From Eutreptiella sp. 'Long Island Sound 2002' (Eukaryota > Protista > Euglenida), in the NCBI GenBank assembly GCA_964036045.1, contig OZ038378.1:34534001-34598000 (forward strand): 64,000 nt of DNA, written 5' to 3'. Shown in pieces: positions 13,074 through 25,789 of this stretch. Under the pieces are notes generated by a model. The model was given only the letters and a program-made list of their open reading frames with translations, was not told the DNA's origin and ran no database searches. The position numbers were made by a program, and so were the translations under genes. Position 1 is the first letter of the stretch, and every line of letters starts with the position of its first letter.

Positions 13074-14884
13074 GGCAGAGGATGAGGCATAAGTGTGTGT
13101 GTTGTGTTGCCAGATCGCTCCACCGTCGCAGTTGGTGATGAGTGTAAGGAGCACTATTGTACTGAATGTATTGACACCCACACTTGTGGGACCAATGTTA
13201 TGATGCAGCTCTACTGTTCGCGATACCTCAATAACTCCTATCGCTTCTACTGGTGTTGACCAAGATCGCCCTTAAAGGAGCGAGAGTGGTACTGTGTACC
13301 CCAGTTTGCAACTTTCTTGAGCTTGGGCAGTTTGGGTCACCTAATTCTAAGGGCGTTTCCAAGGGGTGTGCTTGGGGGCTCTTCGGGGGGAACATAGTCT
13401 AAAAGTAGCGCGCCGGACGCGCGCCGGGCGCGCGCCGGGCAAACATTCCCCCAAGATTCATTTTTTTGCTAATTTTTCTTCGATCTCCGGATTGTGACCA
13501 CGAAAAAATTTTGTGATCTATAACGTTGTAGGGCCTGACCTACCATCCACGAATGTGCCTTTGGTTCGCTCTAAAACACGTGCGTTGCCAACAGTACAAG
13601 AGCACGAATCCGCCAACATAATCACCAGGGTTAGCTTTATAGCCGAGCGTCCGTGGCGGCAGTGGGGCCCTCCCCCAGTGCCGGACAGTGAACGGCGGGC
13701 CTTGCGGGCCAGCCAGTGGCAATAGACACCAATCTACACCAAAAGTATGCCTGTAAACACCGACACCAATGTTCTTATGCCCCCAAATTAGGGGAGGGGG
13801 CTTCCCCTGATAACCACCCTCGAGAACCTTGTGGAATTAGCAATAAATAGTGACTGTAATGTGCACAATGTGAACAAAATGACAAAAAGAAGGCACATTT
13901 GATGAAAAAGAGGCCCAACTCCATCCGCAGGCTGTGCACACATAGCAATATGCAGCAATTCTTTTTACATCAAAGTCACACCTATAAAGACGGCCATGCC
14001 CCCCCCCCCCCAAGAAAATGGGCTTTTTTTTCATCTGGTTGCCTAGCTTGACTGATACCTTGCACTCTACGCAGGGTCACCAGCGCGCCCCAGCTGTCAC
14101 TCATGCGCCACGGGTTAGACTTCGGGTCGTTGGTGTCCCGGCGCGCGGCCCGCATGCCATGTGGTCCATGAGCACTTGCATGAGGTCCGAAAGGTCCAAA
14201 GCGCTCTTGCGCAAGCTAGGAGGTAGAAGGGTGAAGCAAGAGAGTTATGTCGTGCCTTTAACCCACCCACCCCCTCCCACAATGGAGCGCAGTGCGCCAT
14301 AGGGACACAGCTTGTCCCAAAGACTCCTCCGTAGAGGCTCGGCTGTGCCCCTTTAGAGGGGCCCTCCCTGCGCCCTTGGTAGCCAACTAATAGTGAGGAG
14401 AACGCTCCGGCAGGGCACGTGACCCAAGGGAGGCTGCTTCTTGTCTACGGCAGCCTGAACGTTTCGTTTCGGTTACGCTTTTTGTTTCCGGCAGTTGGCG
14501 GATTATAGCCCTGTCTCAAACAAAACTGTCACTCTGTAATTCCGCTCAATTGGAATTTACATTGGAGATTCTACTCATTGGGGAGATTGCACTTTTTTCA
14601 GGCTATTCACAAACTGCTGATCTGTACTTTCCATCTACTGGACTTTTGGCGTTGCTCTCATGGCTTCCCCCACTGTGGATTTTACTCAACTAATGGCTCC
14701 GGATAACTCTGTGTTCGATACTACTTGGTGCTCATTTTTGTCCCTTCGAAGCCCTTGGGCCATGGTTATTCCTGTGGATTAACGTGAACAAATGTTGAAC
14801 GGTAGGATGGAGTATTGGTCATCCACTACCAATTTGAATACCACGTGTTTGGCAAAATTGTTCTAGGACATTTTTAGGGTCACG

Positions 14885-16432
14885 TTGGTCTCAAGTTCCT
14901 TCCTTACTTATTGCAGTGCCTTTCCTTTTGGAAAAGCTCTCGCATGGGGCGTTGAGATCAACGAATACGACTTGGACACGCCGCAAGGTGAGGCCTCCTT
15001 CGCTGTATCCGATGTTCTTGGGCACAAGCGTATCACTGCCCCCGGGAGTTCCGATGTCCTTGGGGACGACGAAGGCGAGGAGGACGAGGACTTTGGGGCA
15101 CATTTGCCTTGGGACTTCCCGTCTATCCCCATGCCCGCTTCGTTGGCGGTGGCTTGCCAAAGAGCACACACCCCTATGTCGATGGAAACGAGGTCCTATC
15201 TTCGGGAGGATGTACCGGAAGTGGAAGGGGTTGCTACCAAGGCGCCAGAGAACACTCATAGATGGGACAATCAACATGGTTTGGACAAGGTGATGCGCTC
15301 GAGGCAAACAGCTTTGTTGAAAATTTTGCGCTTGTTTTCCACATTCCGATTGCCTGGAGTCGGAGGAACCTTCAATAGATTCACATGATCTTTTTCATTG
15401 TGCGTTTTGTATGACGGCGGAGCTCATGCACCGAGTGGAGGATTACCGGAAGACGAAACGTATTCCTACAAGGGTTGCCAAGAGCAATGTTTGATCTGAC
15501 AACAAGATTTGGCAGTGGCCAATTTTCAAAAAAGTATCAATAAGTTGGGCGGCTCCCACAAGGGCGGATTTCGTTATGGCAAGGGCAAAGGCGAAGGCAA
15601 AGGTGGCAAGGGTTATGGAGGATACAAATGATACGGTGGTGGATACAGTGGATACAAAAGCAGATACAAGACCGGTGGCTATAGTCGTGCAAAGTCCAAT
15701 CAAGAATGACTCTCAAGCGGGCGTTCGGCCTCATCAACATCCGGTGGTCCCGGAAGATTTAACAAAACGGCTGTGTAGTTCTTTGAGTTGGTGGGCGCAA
15801 GCATGCAAGCGGAGAAGTGGTTCAACTCATCGCCAATGACGTACCCCTCAATTGGGTACACCCTCCACCCCTCAAATATAATCATTATGCTGAGGAGGAA
15901 GCCATTGCCAAAGTCCTCATTCAAGACTATTTAGAGTGGCGCGCCATGGTAAGGTTGCCCGATTCCGAAAGGGTGCCCTTTGTCATGCCCCGGTTCATCA
16001 TCACAAAAACCGACGTCAGCGTGGAGGTAAAACATGGACTAATTTGCAACGCCCACAAAATCAACAAGTATTTGTACTCTCCACGTTTCACGTTAGCTAC
16101 AATGCACACCATGTTCCCTGCCCTCCGCCGCGACATGTGGGCAACAAGTATCGGCATCAAACATGCCTACCTTCACATGGGTTTAAACCCCGAGCTCGCA
16201 AAATACGTGGTTATTGAAGTAGACAATGTCCGGCATTGCTTCTGTTCGGGTTGTTTCGGCCTCTCACCTCTTTCATATTTATGGATGACAATTGTGAACG
16301 TGATCACCAAGTTGGCAAGGGCCGCGGGTATTTTGATGTGCATTCATCTCGACAACATATTGATATTGGGACATTGCCGGGATCAAATGCGGCGGCACGT
16401 GCAAATGGTGCTCCATTTGCTACAACAACTTA
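14885..16432 (+). mobile_element. DIRS-like retrotransposon remnant: gag-like region and overlapping RT, truncated after the RT core
   Basis: RT motifs KRL..SWW, GLICNAHKINKYL, FTLATM, IGIKHAYLHM (DLKDAY), CFGLSPLS (PFGL) and CIHLDNILILG (YLDD). Catalytic residues are altered, and the frame runs into unrelated DNA at ~16432. Confidence 0.8.
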
Positions 16433-16536
16433 GGACGCCCACATTGGCCCCTATGGTTTTAGCGAAAAAAGGGGTGAAAGGTGGTTTTTTGAATGTTGTA
16501 AAATAGGGGTGCAAATTTGCATTTTTGCATCAGCTC

Positions 16537-17003
16537 GGGCTCTGCAGAGCCTACTCCAGTTGTGTAAGTCATCTTAGGCCCCAATATTACACATTTTAGA
16601 TTTCTGGGCACTGCAAAGCATAGGCTACAAGTTATTCCCTGTCTGCCAACCCCTGTTACAACGTTTGGCTCGTGTATATAGTGGTCAAGCAGCCGCGTGA
16701 CATGGCGCTGGGTGAAGTGGTATACATTTCCCGCCGCCCTACCATAGTCCACCTAAACATTGTCACTGATCCGGTCAGCAAGCACAGGAATCAAGGATAC
16801 AACTCCTGCATATATGGCTGGTGGGCAATGATCAAAGACATGTGCCACACCGGGCACCACATCATGTAGATCGAAATGCCAAAAACCACGCCTATAGTAG
16901 GATTTTCCAACAACTTGGGCTGTGCAGAGCCCAACATTCACATACTTGGTACTTACGGCGTGCATCGTAAGGTTTCTATGTTGGCTGGGCTGTGCAAAGC
17001 CTA
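16537..17003. repeat. Four GGGCT(C/G)TGCA(G/A)AGCC-like quasi-palindromes
   Basis: Perfect 14-bp palindrome ggctctgcagagcc at 16538-16551; related copies near 16605, 16917 and 16988. Confidence 0.6.
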
Positions 17004-19599
17004 GACCTTCACAATGTCCCATTTTGACGCCCTGTTGTGTGACATAATAGCACTATGACACTTTGAAACTTATTGTACATGTGGTCTGTTGTTATATTTT
17101 TCTATGCCTTTGTGCTGTGTTGCTATTGTCTCCTGATGTACAAAGGTGCCACCGTGGCATTGTGTAAGTATCACTGTTAGCAGCTGTTAAGGAGTACTAT
17201 ACAACAAGCCTTAGACTGTTTGCACGCAGGTGTAGTTGGAGCTTAGTGACATTATGCTTGTATTATTTTGGCGTGTCTGGTTCTATTGGAGTTTCAGGAC
17301 ACATTGTTTGCAATATACCCTAGTCTATTGCAGTTGACTTTTGTGCATATTGTGCAGTGCTGGTATAATAACTATCTGGTCGTATGTCCCATACAATAAG
17401 TACATGTATCTTGCTATTTTCTTTTTAGAATGGCCATGGCTGATTTTCCACATGTTAGACGTACGGATGTGGATGTACCGGGTGTCGGCTAGGATACCGA
17501 AGGAGATGAGGTTGTAGCGCATTTACCCTTACCGGTCACATTGACCGGAGAAACGGCAGCGCGTGCTGTAGGTATGCTCGCCTTGCAAGAGGCGATCGTG
17601 TTTACGGGATCACCACCCTCATCCACACCGGGGCCACCAAAGTTTGTCCCAAAGGACCAGCCAACCCCACCAAAGGCCTCCCTCAATGACCCGTTGCCTC
17701 CGAACACAATGGAGTTGCCAAGGGACAACAGTGGTGGCTAGGCACGATGGTTTGTGCAATACATCTTGGAGCTTCGCGCCCGCTTCTGTTTCGCATTGCG
17801 GAACCCAATGCGCAACCCGCTTGTCACATGGCAGCAAGGGGATCAGATATGCTGATCCCATTTTCTGTCCCGCGGCGAGGAGCGGGTTGCATTGATCCTG
17901 GATACCCTTAATCCAGAATCACGTCCCTCTGTTGAGTTGTCTTCCCATCCCCGTACCCCACCTCCTCGGCCACTTCCTCCCCTGGATGCCGACCAACCCA
18001 CAATAAACACATTGATCGGCACAACTCCGATCGCCAGCACATACGGTCCCTTGGACCACTTGTGGCAGAAGACCACACACGTGGACAATCAAAATACAAC
18101 TTGTTGCCACCAATTCCTGTACCACATAGAAGCAGCCCCCCTGCCTTGAGTTGCACTTCAATCAACCGCACCTATGGGCGTTCAGTTAGTGCCCCGGTGC
18201 CCCTGCCTGATAATGCGATACCCCCAAGGTTTTCCTACCTGCCCCCCCCCCCCCCCCGGCGCACTTCCATGTTGCCCACTGCCGCTGTTGCGGACAACCA
18301 ATAGACCCCGAGGTACTCGCCGTTTCCACATGTGCATGTAGCATCTTCGCTGGGTGTCGCTTAATCTGCGTCCCCATAACCTTCTGCTATCCCAGCAAAG
18401 AGAGATGGCCCGTAACGGTCACGTTTGTCGTTACTACTTGATATGCCACCGGCCAAATACCGGAAAACTATGTGACCTTTGCATCCATTAAGTGTGTGGC
18501 CGAATTCCCATATGTTTGTTATGCACCCCATAATTATCACTTTTCGGGCCCTTGGGCTCTGCACGGCCCAGCCTGCGCCAAATGCTGCTTTCACTCCTTC
18601 TCAGTTACTTGTCCGCAACAAACCTCAAAAAACACCACGGAGCGGGGGTCAACGGGGACAACATGTCTCTTAATTGGAGTCGATTGCCGGAAATGTGTGA
18701 CGAGGGGACCGATGCGTCAAAATCGCTCCAAAAAAGCAAGCAGCTTCGCCCCCTGTGCGTTGGACGTCTGGACGTGTAGCCGACCTAGGGAGTGTGGTGT
18801 GCCCATTGGTGTGGTCTGTGTTGCGCTAAGTCATAGAGACTCTGCAAAGCGGCATCCGCCGCATGGGTGACACGGTGGCGAATTGCTGAGATTTCCCCTT
18901 GTAGGTACTCTTTCACACTTGTGATGACTCATCCGTCTGTGCAACAAATGCAAAAAAAATTGTGGTGCATTTTCCTCCGAAACCAAGTCCAGGACCTGGA
19001 CTATCGCACGCAACAGTCCGTGTGGCGCACATGCGAGCCCCTCTGCCGCGAGGTAGAAGACGGTGGTGTGTGTGTGTGAGTGTGTGCGGTGAGACTAGAT
19101 ACCTCCGTTGTTGTATGCGAACCACTTAGGCCACCTTGTACCTACTAATTTGTTTATAACAAGGTGTATGACAAAAGAGGGTTGCCGAGATCACTATCGT
19201 ATGATGCGCAACGTTGCTTTCCGCGTGAGTAGACCGCGAGGTGGCTACACGGGATGGCCAGGTGTGAATATTGTGTGAATCCCATGGTGTTTCAAATACA
19301 GCGTTTTTTTTTGTCACAACACGCCACCCCAAATCGCGGCACACCCCTTCCAGGAGCCAAAGTTTTTAAGAAAGAGTGCTCCCCAGCGGCACCCATTGCA
19401 TCCACCCAAGGTTTAGCACAGGAAAGCACAACACACACAGACACACACACACACACATAGCACGCAAGATGCATAGATGCACACCAACAAACAGACACAC
19501 TCCTCGCCATTGTCACGGTGGTTGTAGCCGCTAAGCCCCGTGCTTGGGGGGGGGGGGGGGCATCTAACCCCGTTAAATATTGCAGTCGCATGATAGCTG

Positions 19600-21200
19600 T
19601 TCACAAATATTGTGTGGCTCTTGTTGTGATGTGAACAATGCAATTGCAATAGTATCTCTTCTACCAACAATGGATGACAGCGAACAGTACCCCTGAAAGG
19701 GATAAGACGTAATAGGCAACGAGCAAACATCAAATGCAGTGGTGATCCACGATCCGTCGAATGAATGAGGGGTGGGGCAAACACGACACCCATACAAGTT
19801 GTCCATCCATGGCATAAACTAGTAGACCTTAAGGTCTCCAAGATGTTGGCAAGCAATGGGATTGGCTCGAGTAGAAATATCACGGCGGCTGTAATAGCAT
19901 TGCCTTGCATGAGGTATTTTCCTTTTGCGACACCGGGGGACTTCAAAACGATCGTGTTCCTGCGTTCAACGTTTTCCTCTTGTCTTCCACCTTAAATGCC
20001 AAAGCATCTCCACATCGTACGCCCGTTGTTGCGGAACTGTGTACAATCTACTGGGACACGGCTAGTTGCTTGGCCTGTTCACTCAAAGAATCAAAAAACA
20101 TACATTTGGTTGTATTATTCCGGTGTATTTCCATGCAAAACACAAGGAAGGAATTCGTTTTAAGGAGCAATACTCCATGGGATCATGCAGAACACAAAAT
20201 TTGAGTACCCAGTAGTGGATGATGCAATCAACAAGCAATGCCATCCGGTTTTGACGATGTTGTTGGCTACTGCGTAGCATATCGAGTAGATCCCAGAGCT
20301 CTTGTGTCTGACCTACACGGCACTCATATATGCCAAATGCCTGCCAAAAGACTTGATGTCTACCAGGCTCCCAGGCAATATCGAGGGGGGCACAGATGGT
20401 TGTCCGAGAAATGGGTGCATTACGCATAAAACTACACACCTTCAACATTTCCCTGTGCCGTTGAACAACTGCCATGACCACTGTGTCAACCCGGTCCACT
20501 AGGTCTTGCAGCCTCGGGTGACCAAGAAAAAGGGGAAGGGGGGTTGTGTGCAACACTGCTATTGCGGTGACATCTAGACAGACATTGGGTTTCACTGGAT
20601 TGGCCCAAAACTGGGCATGCCACCAGTTGTCCACCCACACCACAATATCACACCAGACAATGCTACGCCACAGTTTGCGGGACTGCAATGCCCACTGGGC
20701 TCTAATAGACATCTAGGATGGCTTGGTGAGGCCTGCATGCACCAGCTTGTGATTGTCTGCCCGCATGACAGCAATGGTGCTCTCGCCACTGGGGACGGCA
20801 CCTTGTGGCAACGCCATGCGGCGCATACCCAGCCATACATAATAAGACTCCTTGGAAAACTTAGTTGGCCAACGCGGCCATTGTTTTCGTGCCAACGCCT
20901 TGCGAATGTGGTCAAGCGTAATGCGCTACCGCCTGTTAACATGTAGACCCGCACAAAACTGTACGAATTTCTCCGCCGCACCGCGGCGCACACCCGACAA
21001 TATCATTTGGCAACCAGTGCGCCATTGTTTCTTGCAAAGAGACCGCATGTAGCTGACATGCATCGCCATGAAAACCCGTGCCATGGTGAGAAGACAGCCT
21101 GCGTGGCACAACAGGTAAGGGCGGTAACCAGAACTGGACACTAGCAATAGGTGTGGACTAGCACATACCGTGCATAGTGGGGTCTGAATTCACAGGTGAG
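19600..21200 (-). pseudogene. Decayed DNA-transposase-like ORF of unnamed family
   Basis: Frameshifted segments CKKQWRTGCQMILSGVRR, VVWVDNWW..NPVKPNVCLDVTAIAVL, PLDI, LLVDCIIHYWVLKF and GW..FAPPLIH..PLLVEEILLQL; acidic residues are spaced like a DDE core. Confidence 0.45.
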
Positions 21201-22490
21201 ATAAAAGAAGTACGGAGTTGCATTGCAGATAGCATGCGCGGAAGACATGAAAGTAGGTTTTTCAAAAAGGCTTTGCTCTGCAGAGCCCAGCATCCGGATT
21301 GGTAATGGCGTGCCGTGTAGTAGACATAGGGGACAAAGGGAACCGTCAGCCCCAGACAGACAGCGGTCAGATGCGGGAAGACACAAGCGGCGCCGGAGAA
21401 CGACCGCTCTTGTCTCTAGCTTCATGCTTAGTGTACTCAAGAGCGGCGCGATTAGTCTCCCCCAATTTGATATCCTCCATTTACTCCAAGGTAGTTTGAT
21501 CCATTGCCCCCAATCAAGTGTTGTTTGCATATTCATGGTTAGCATGGTCGGTTGCACTCAGCCTTTCGTACCCATTAGTGGTACCAATGGCACCGCATTC
21601 TCCACCCCGCAGTCACCTGTGTACTGGATTGCAGCGAATCCAGCCACCCCGCCAACGGGGTCTTCGGTCTCTCCAGTGGCGCCTCGGTCCGTGACGCGCA
21701 ACCCGGACTCCCAGTATATGGATGATGCATTGTAGAGGTACGTACTTGTGGGATACGACAGTGGTGACAAGCAGAAATATCTCTGACAACGCAAGAGGGG
21801 ACACCACAGAGCAAGACGCTTGTTAGAGTAATGGAGGGACCTAGGTTCGATGACCGGGAACCAGGGCTGGGCAAGTGGCCCCCTTTCATTCATACACCTT
21901 GATTTTGAGATCATGCGGGGTACAACGTAAGCATTTTCACCACATGCACCTAAGAGACATGGACGGTGTAGTAGTATGTGCCATGCATGGCATCGTTGTT
22001 TGTTGCCGGTTCAAAACCCCGGTTCTCCCGTCCGTCGTGGGGCCCGTTTGCAAAGGCCTCGCCACTGCCCCCTTGAGCATCCACCATGGGCACCGCAGGA
22101 AGATGGGTCGCGTGTCTCGTAATCATATTTTTTTTACATTTTATGCCACACACCATATGCGAATCGCACATCACTACACCTGTAGCAGCACGCTCCGGCA
22201 CCAGCTTTGCCAGACGACAGGCTGGTACATCTCCTCGTCATATTCTTCTTTGGGTTGGGGGTTCAAACCGTCGACTCCAAGGCGCATAGCGGTTGCTTTA
22301 CCGCTACATTGCAACGGCCAAGAACGCCGACTCCAGCACGAGTGCTCAGCGTTGTTGCACGTATATAGCGCAAGTTCTCACACGCGCTCCAATAGGAATT
22401 ACGATATAGCGAAAATGAAGCGCAATTTACATATGCAAGCGGGAGGAAGCTGTGAATCAGTGCGCTAGTGCACAACATCCAGCGGAACTG

Positions 22491-22569
22491 ATGGTTTCAC
22501 TGATGAATGACGGTAGGACGTAGGAATGTTGAACATCGCGATTTGAGCATGACTTGAATGTCCCGGGGG

Positions 22570-22624
<55 letters not shown>

Positions 22625-22813
22625 CCAGGGATGCCGGACGCGGTAGGATCACGAACCCCACTCCCTCTTGTTGCATGTTGCATGTCATCTCAACCCAGTT
22701 CCTGAGGCCCGGCGACAGGGCAACAGAACAAAAAAACTCATGGTTGGGTCGCATCGTCGTTGAACCTCGCATTTTGAGCATGATTTGAAAGAGTTGCGCG
22801 TCGCACACACACA

Positions 22814-22845
<32 letters not shown>

Positions 22846-23060
22846 AACAACAGCTTCCTCGCCACGCACTCGAATTCAGAGTTCATGGTTTCGCTGATCA
22901 ATGACGGTAGGGCGTAGGAGTGTTGAACCTCGCACTTGGAGCATGATTTGAATTTTTTCGGTGTCACACACACAAACACACAAGACACATCCACACCCAC
23001 CAACCCACACACAGACACACAAACGCACACACACACACACACACATGCGCGCACACACAC
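22491..23060 (+). repeat. Three copies of a ~90-bp unit, each followed by (CA)n
   Basis: Unit ATGGTTTCRCTGATSAATGACGGTAGGRCGTAGGAXTGTTGAACMTCGC..TGAGCATGAYTTGAA at 22491 and 22884, partial at 22759. Further copies at ~42607 and 63659. Confidence 0.85.
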
Positions 23061-24499
23061 AATATATACACACAACGCAACACATCCCGGTGTATCAAGG
23101 CACATCACAAGTAGCACTTCACCAGATGTGGCGACACAACATACATAGCCAACGCCTCTTTACTGGTGTGTGAATTTGTGGTGTGCCCTTGCACAAGCTC
23201 CCTCAGACCGTACGGGCTTCTATAAAGCTGGGTACAAGCTCTTACGGCCAGCTCACGTGAGTTTCAATATTCACAAAAATGGCTATCAATAGAGGAAGAG
23301 ATGTACTGTGGTGGTACGGGCGTCAGAGTGGACAATCCTCATGCGTTCCGCCACCCCTTCAACAAGATTGGGTTATCAAGGGGCGACGCAAGATGCTAGT
23401 GATGTGTACTGCATTTGCAGGTCTTGTGGCTCTCTACACTATGGGCTGCACAAATGGGTGCGCTTGGGAGTGGTAGTGGTGGCAGTCTGGCGCACGATGT
23501 GCATGCAAAGTTTGCGTGTGTACATCTCTCCCAAGAAACGGGGTAGGACGGAGGTCGACCGCCGTTGAGCGCCTCCTTTGGCACCGACGTCAGTGGAGGT
23601 TGTTGCTGACCCTAATCAAGGCGACTCCGGTGCTTTTTTACAAGCAAGCCGAAGCCCGTGCTTGTTTTGTAGCAAGAGTGGTCTGCTGATTGGAGCTTTG
23701 TGTTGCACACACTACTGTTTAATGGAAACTCTTCTTGGGCAGAGGGACAATGGTGGGTGCCCCGCCTTCCGTGTGGCTTGTGCTGCAGTGACGACTTATC
23801 TCGATAGCACTGCTTGTGCACCTAGTGCTATCCTGGGATGCCTCCCTACTGTGACTATGAGATTCATCACAAGTGTCACTATTGTTGTCACTATTGCTAC
23901 TACTCTATTGCTATTGCTCAACGCCTTTGCCATGGCCTCCGATTTAGATGCCTGAACAATAGCCACACTCTTGCGCTTGGCTGCCCGTGCAGGCTGAAAT
24001 TGATGTGGATGCTAAATCCAATTTTGTACCCCAACTGTATTTTTCGAGTGAGGGTGATTTTTTCCCTACCAATATTGATGTTGCATTGAAGAAATAACAT
24101 AAGTTCTGAAGGAATTGTATCCTAGACCACTAGTAAGGGCAAACCCTCCGAACCGAGCTAAACAGGGTGTGTTGGGCAAGGGGTTGAGGAGGGCAGGGTG
24201 GGGTGTGGGGTGCGGTGGGTGGGGGGGTGGGAGGTGGCAACCTAGCGCTCCGTGAGTCGGGTCTAGTATCGGACCCTGTGATTGGTCACAACTGGCCATG
24301 GTAGCCAGGGCACCTTCTCTTTGAGGAATGGCGCTAGCATGCCCATGGGCCACTTCTTTCCGAGCGACCAATCCTTAAAACAAAAAATCCTGGCCAATCA
24401 TTTTTACGAGTGTTTCCGTGGCATGGGACGTCACCTGCAACAAAAAGCAATAAAGAGAACGCTCCCTTGAAACATGTACAGTGCTCGATGAGTAGGTGT

Positions 24500-25300
24500 A
24501 CGTCGGTCTACAGCCTGAACATCCGGCGGCCTATCTCAATGCGTCACACCGTGAAAGAGACACCGCGCTTGGAATTTTTTTTGTAAGCGTGCAACGTAGC
24601 ACTTATGCTCAGATAAGAACATTGTGTGGTAGGCGCCCAGACAGCATGGGGGGCTTGGTTTGGAGAAGTGGAACGACTTTGAGGTCCAGTCTTGCCTAGG
24701 TGGGAAACACAAACTCTCTTTGGCAAGGTTCGACATTTCCAATGCTTTTGAAGTTTCAAGATTCGAGCCGTTGTGTGATAGTCGGTGGGTAGTGTCTCAC
24801 ACAGCGCTCTTTGCCTATTGGCAGGAAAGGTTCTCCCCTTCTCCGCCAAAAATTAGGGGTTCGAATTTCTGATAGTGCATTGTAGCACCTTCTCGGCCTG
24901 TATCTTGATAGTACTTTGCTCCTAGGGTCTGAACAATTTCTCCGCCAAATTCCACAAAGCAAGGTGGGATTTGCAGCGGACAGGATATTTGATTTCACCT
25001 AAGTCCGGTTCCGAGCCGGTGGGGTCCCTTGATTTTGTGAGGAAGGTTTTTGATATGAATTGTGCTGATCTCAATGACCAGGAACGGTTGCTCACGGGAT
25101 TGTTGGGTCTTTGGATATTTGTGTTTTTGGCACACTCACGAGAAAGGTATGGAGTGGCTCCTCCGCCGTTTGGAGTGGGTCCTTTGCTTAGCGGTTGGGT
25201 TTTTGGCGCCTGCTTATACGTGGAAGCACTTAGATGCTCGAAAAATGAGGAAGGCGTTGCTTCACTTTCTTTTGACTGTGTTGTGCTTTTTTTTTTGTAG
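24500..25300 (+). pseudogene. Second DIRS/VIPER-type reverse transcriptase remnant
   Basis: LARFDISNAF (motif A), LPIGRKGSP (motif B), GLYLDSTLLLG (YLDD) and GYLISPKSGSEPVGSLDFVRKVFD (KS-x-L-x-P...FLG-like), across frameshifts. Confidence 0.65.
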
Positions 25301-25789
25301 GGCGCTCATTTCAGGACTGCCCTGAGTCACATCTATGAACCCGTGTGCTTTGGTCGCCCTTTGTTTTGGTTGTGGATGCTGCCCTGCTAAGAAAGCATAG
25401 CTTCAAGGCAAGGCTTTTCATACCGGGGGGTTGGGGTATCCGTCATATAAAGTGCCCGGATTGGGTGCACACTCGGGGGGGGGGGGGGCGGCTTTGTGGG
25501 TCCTAGGACGCCAACTACCCCTGCCCCCCCCCCCCCCCCCCCTAGGGGCCTTCGGCCCATAATTAGTTGCCAAAGATGTCGCCCCGAGGCGTTCATGGGC
25601 GCCCAAGGCGCCCGATGCTACATGAACACCAAAGGTGCCCTAAGGAAAAAATTGTCCCATTTGCACCCCAACACTATCCTTAAACCCAACCTTGACTCTA
25701 ACGGCCACCCCCAACCCTCAGCCTACTCCTTTCCCTACACCTAATCAAGATTGAATTTTGGGACAGAGCTGGTGGTGGAGGGAACATCA

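Noticed and set aside
14040-14300. Tyrosine recombinase of the adjacent DIRS element (TTRSLTRGA..ARW)
   Set aside because: Motif spacing is too short, and the segment equally resembles LINE ORF1 near 38750-38850; cannot decide.
18905-19052. Isolated exon (AG|...GAG|GT) of a host gene
   Set aside because: Splice-like borders and an open frame are present, but no recognisable product or partner exons.
21800-21863. tRNA gene (ggttcgat...acca)
   Set aside because: The T-stem pairs poorly and no D-arm or acceptor stem can be built. At most a decayed tRNA-derived SINE trace.
22491-22560. Hammerhead ribozyme or C/D snoRNA (CTGATGA) in the CA-associated unit and at 42607 and 42755
   Set aside because: No stem II followed by GAAA and no stem I; box C to D spacing and terminal stem do not fit.
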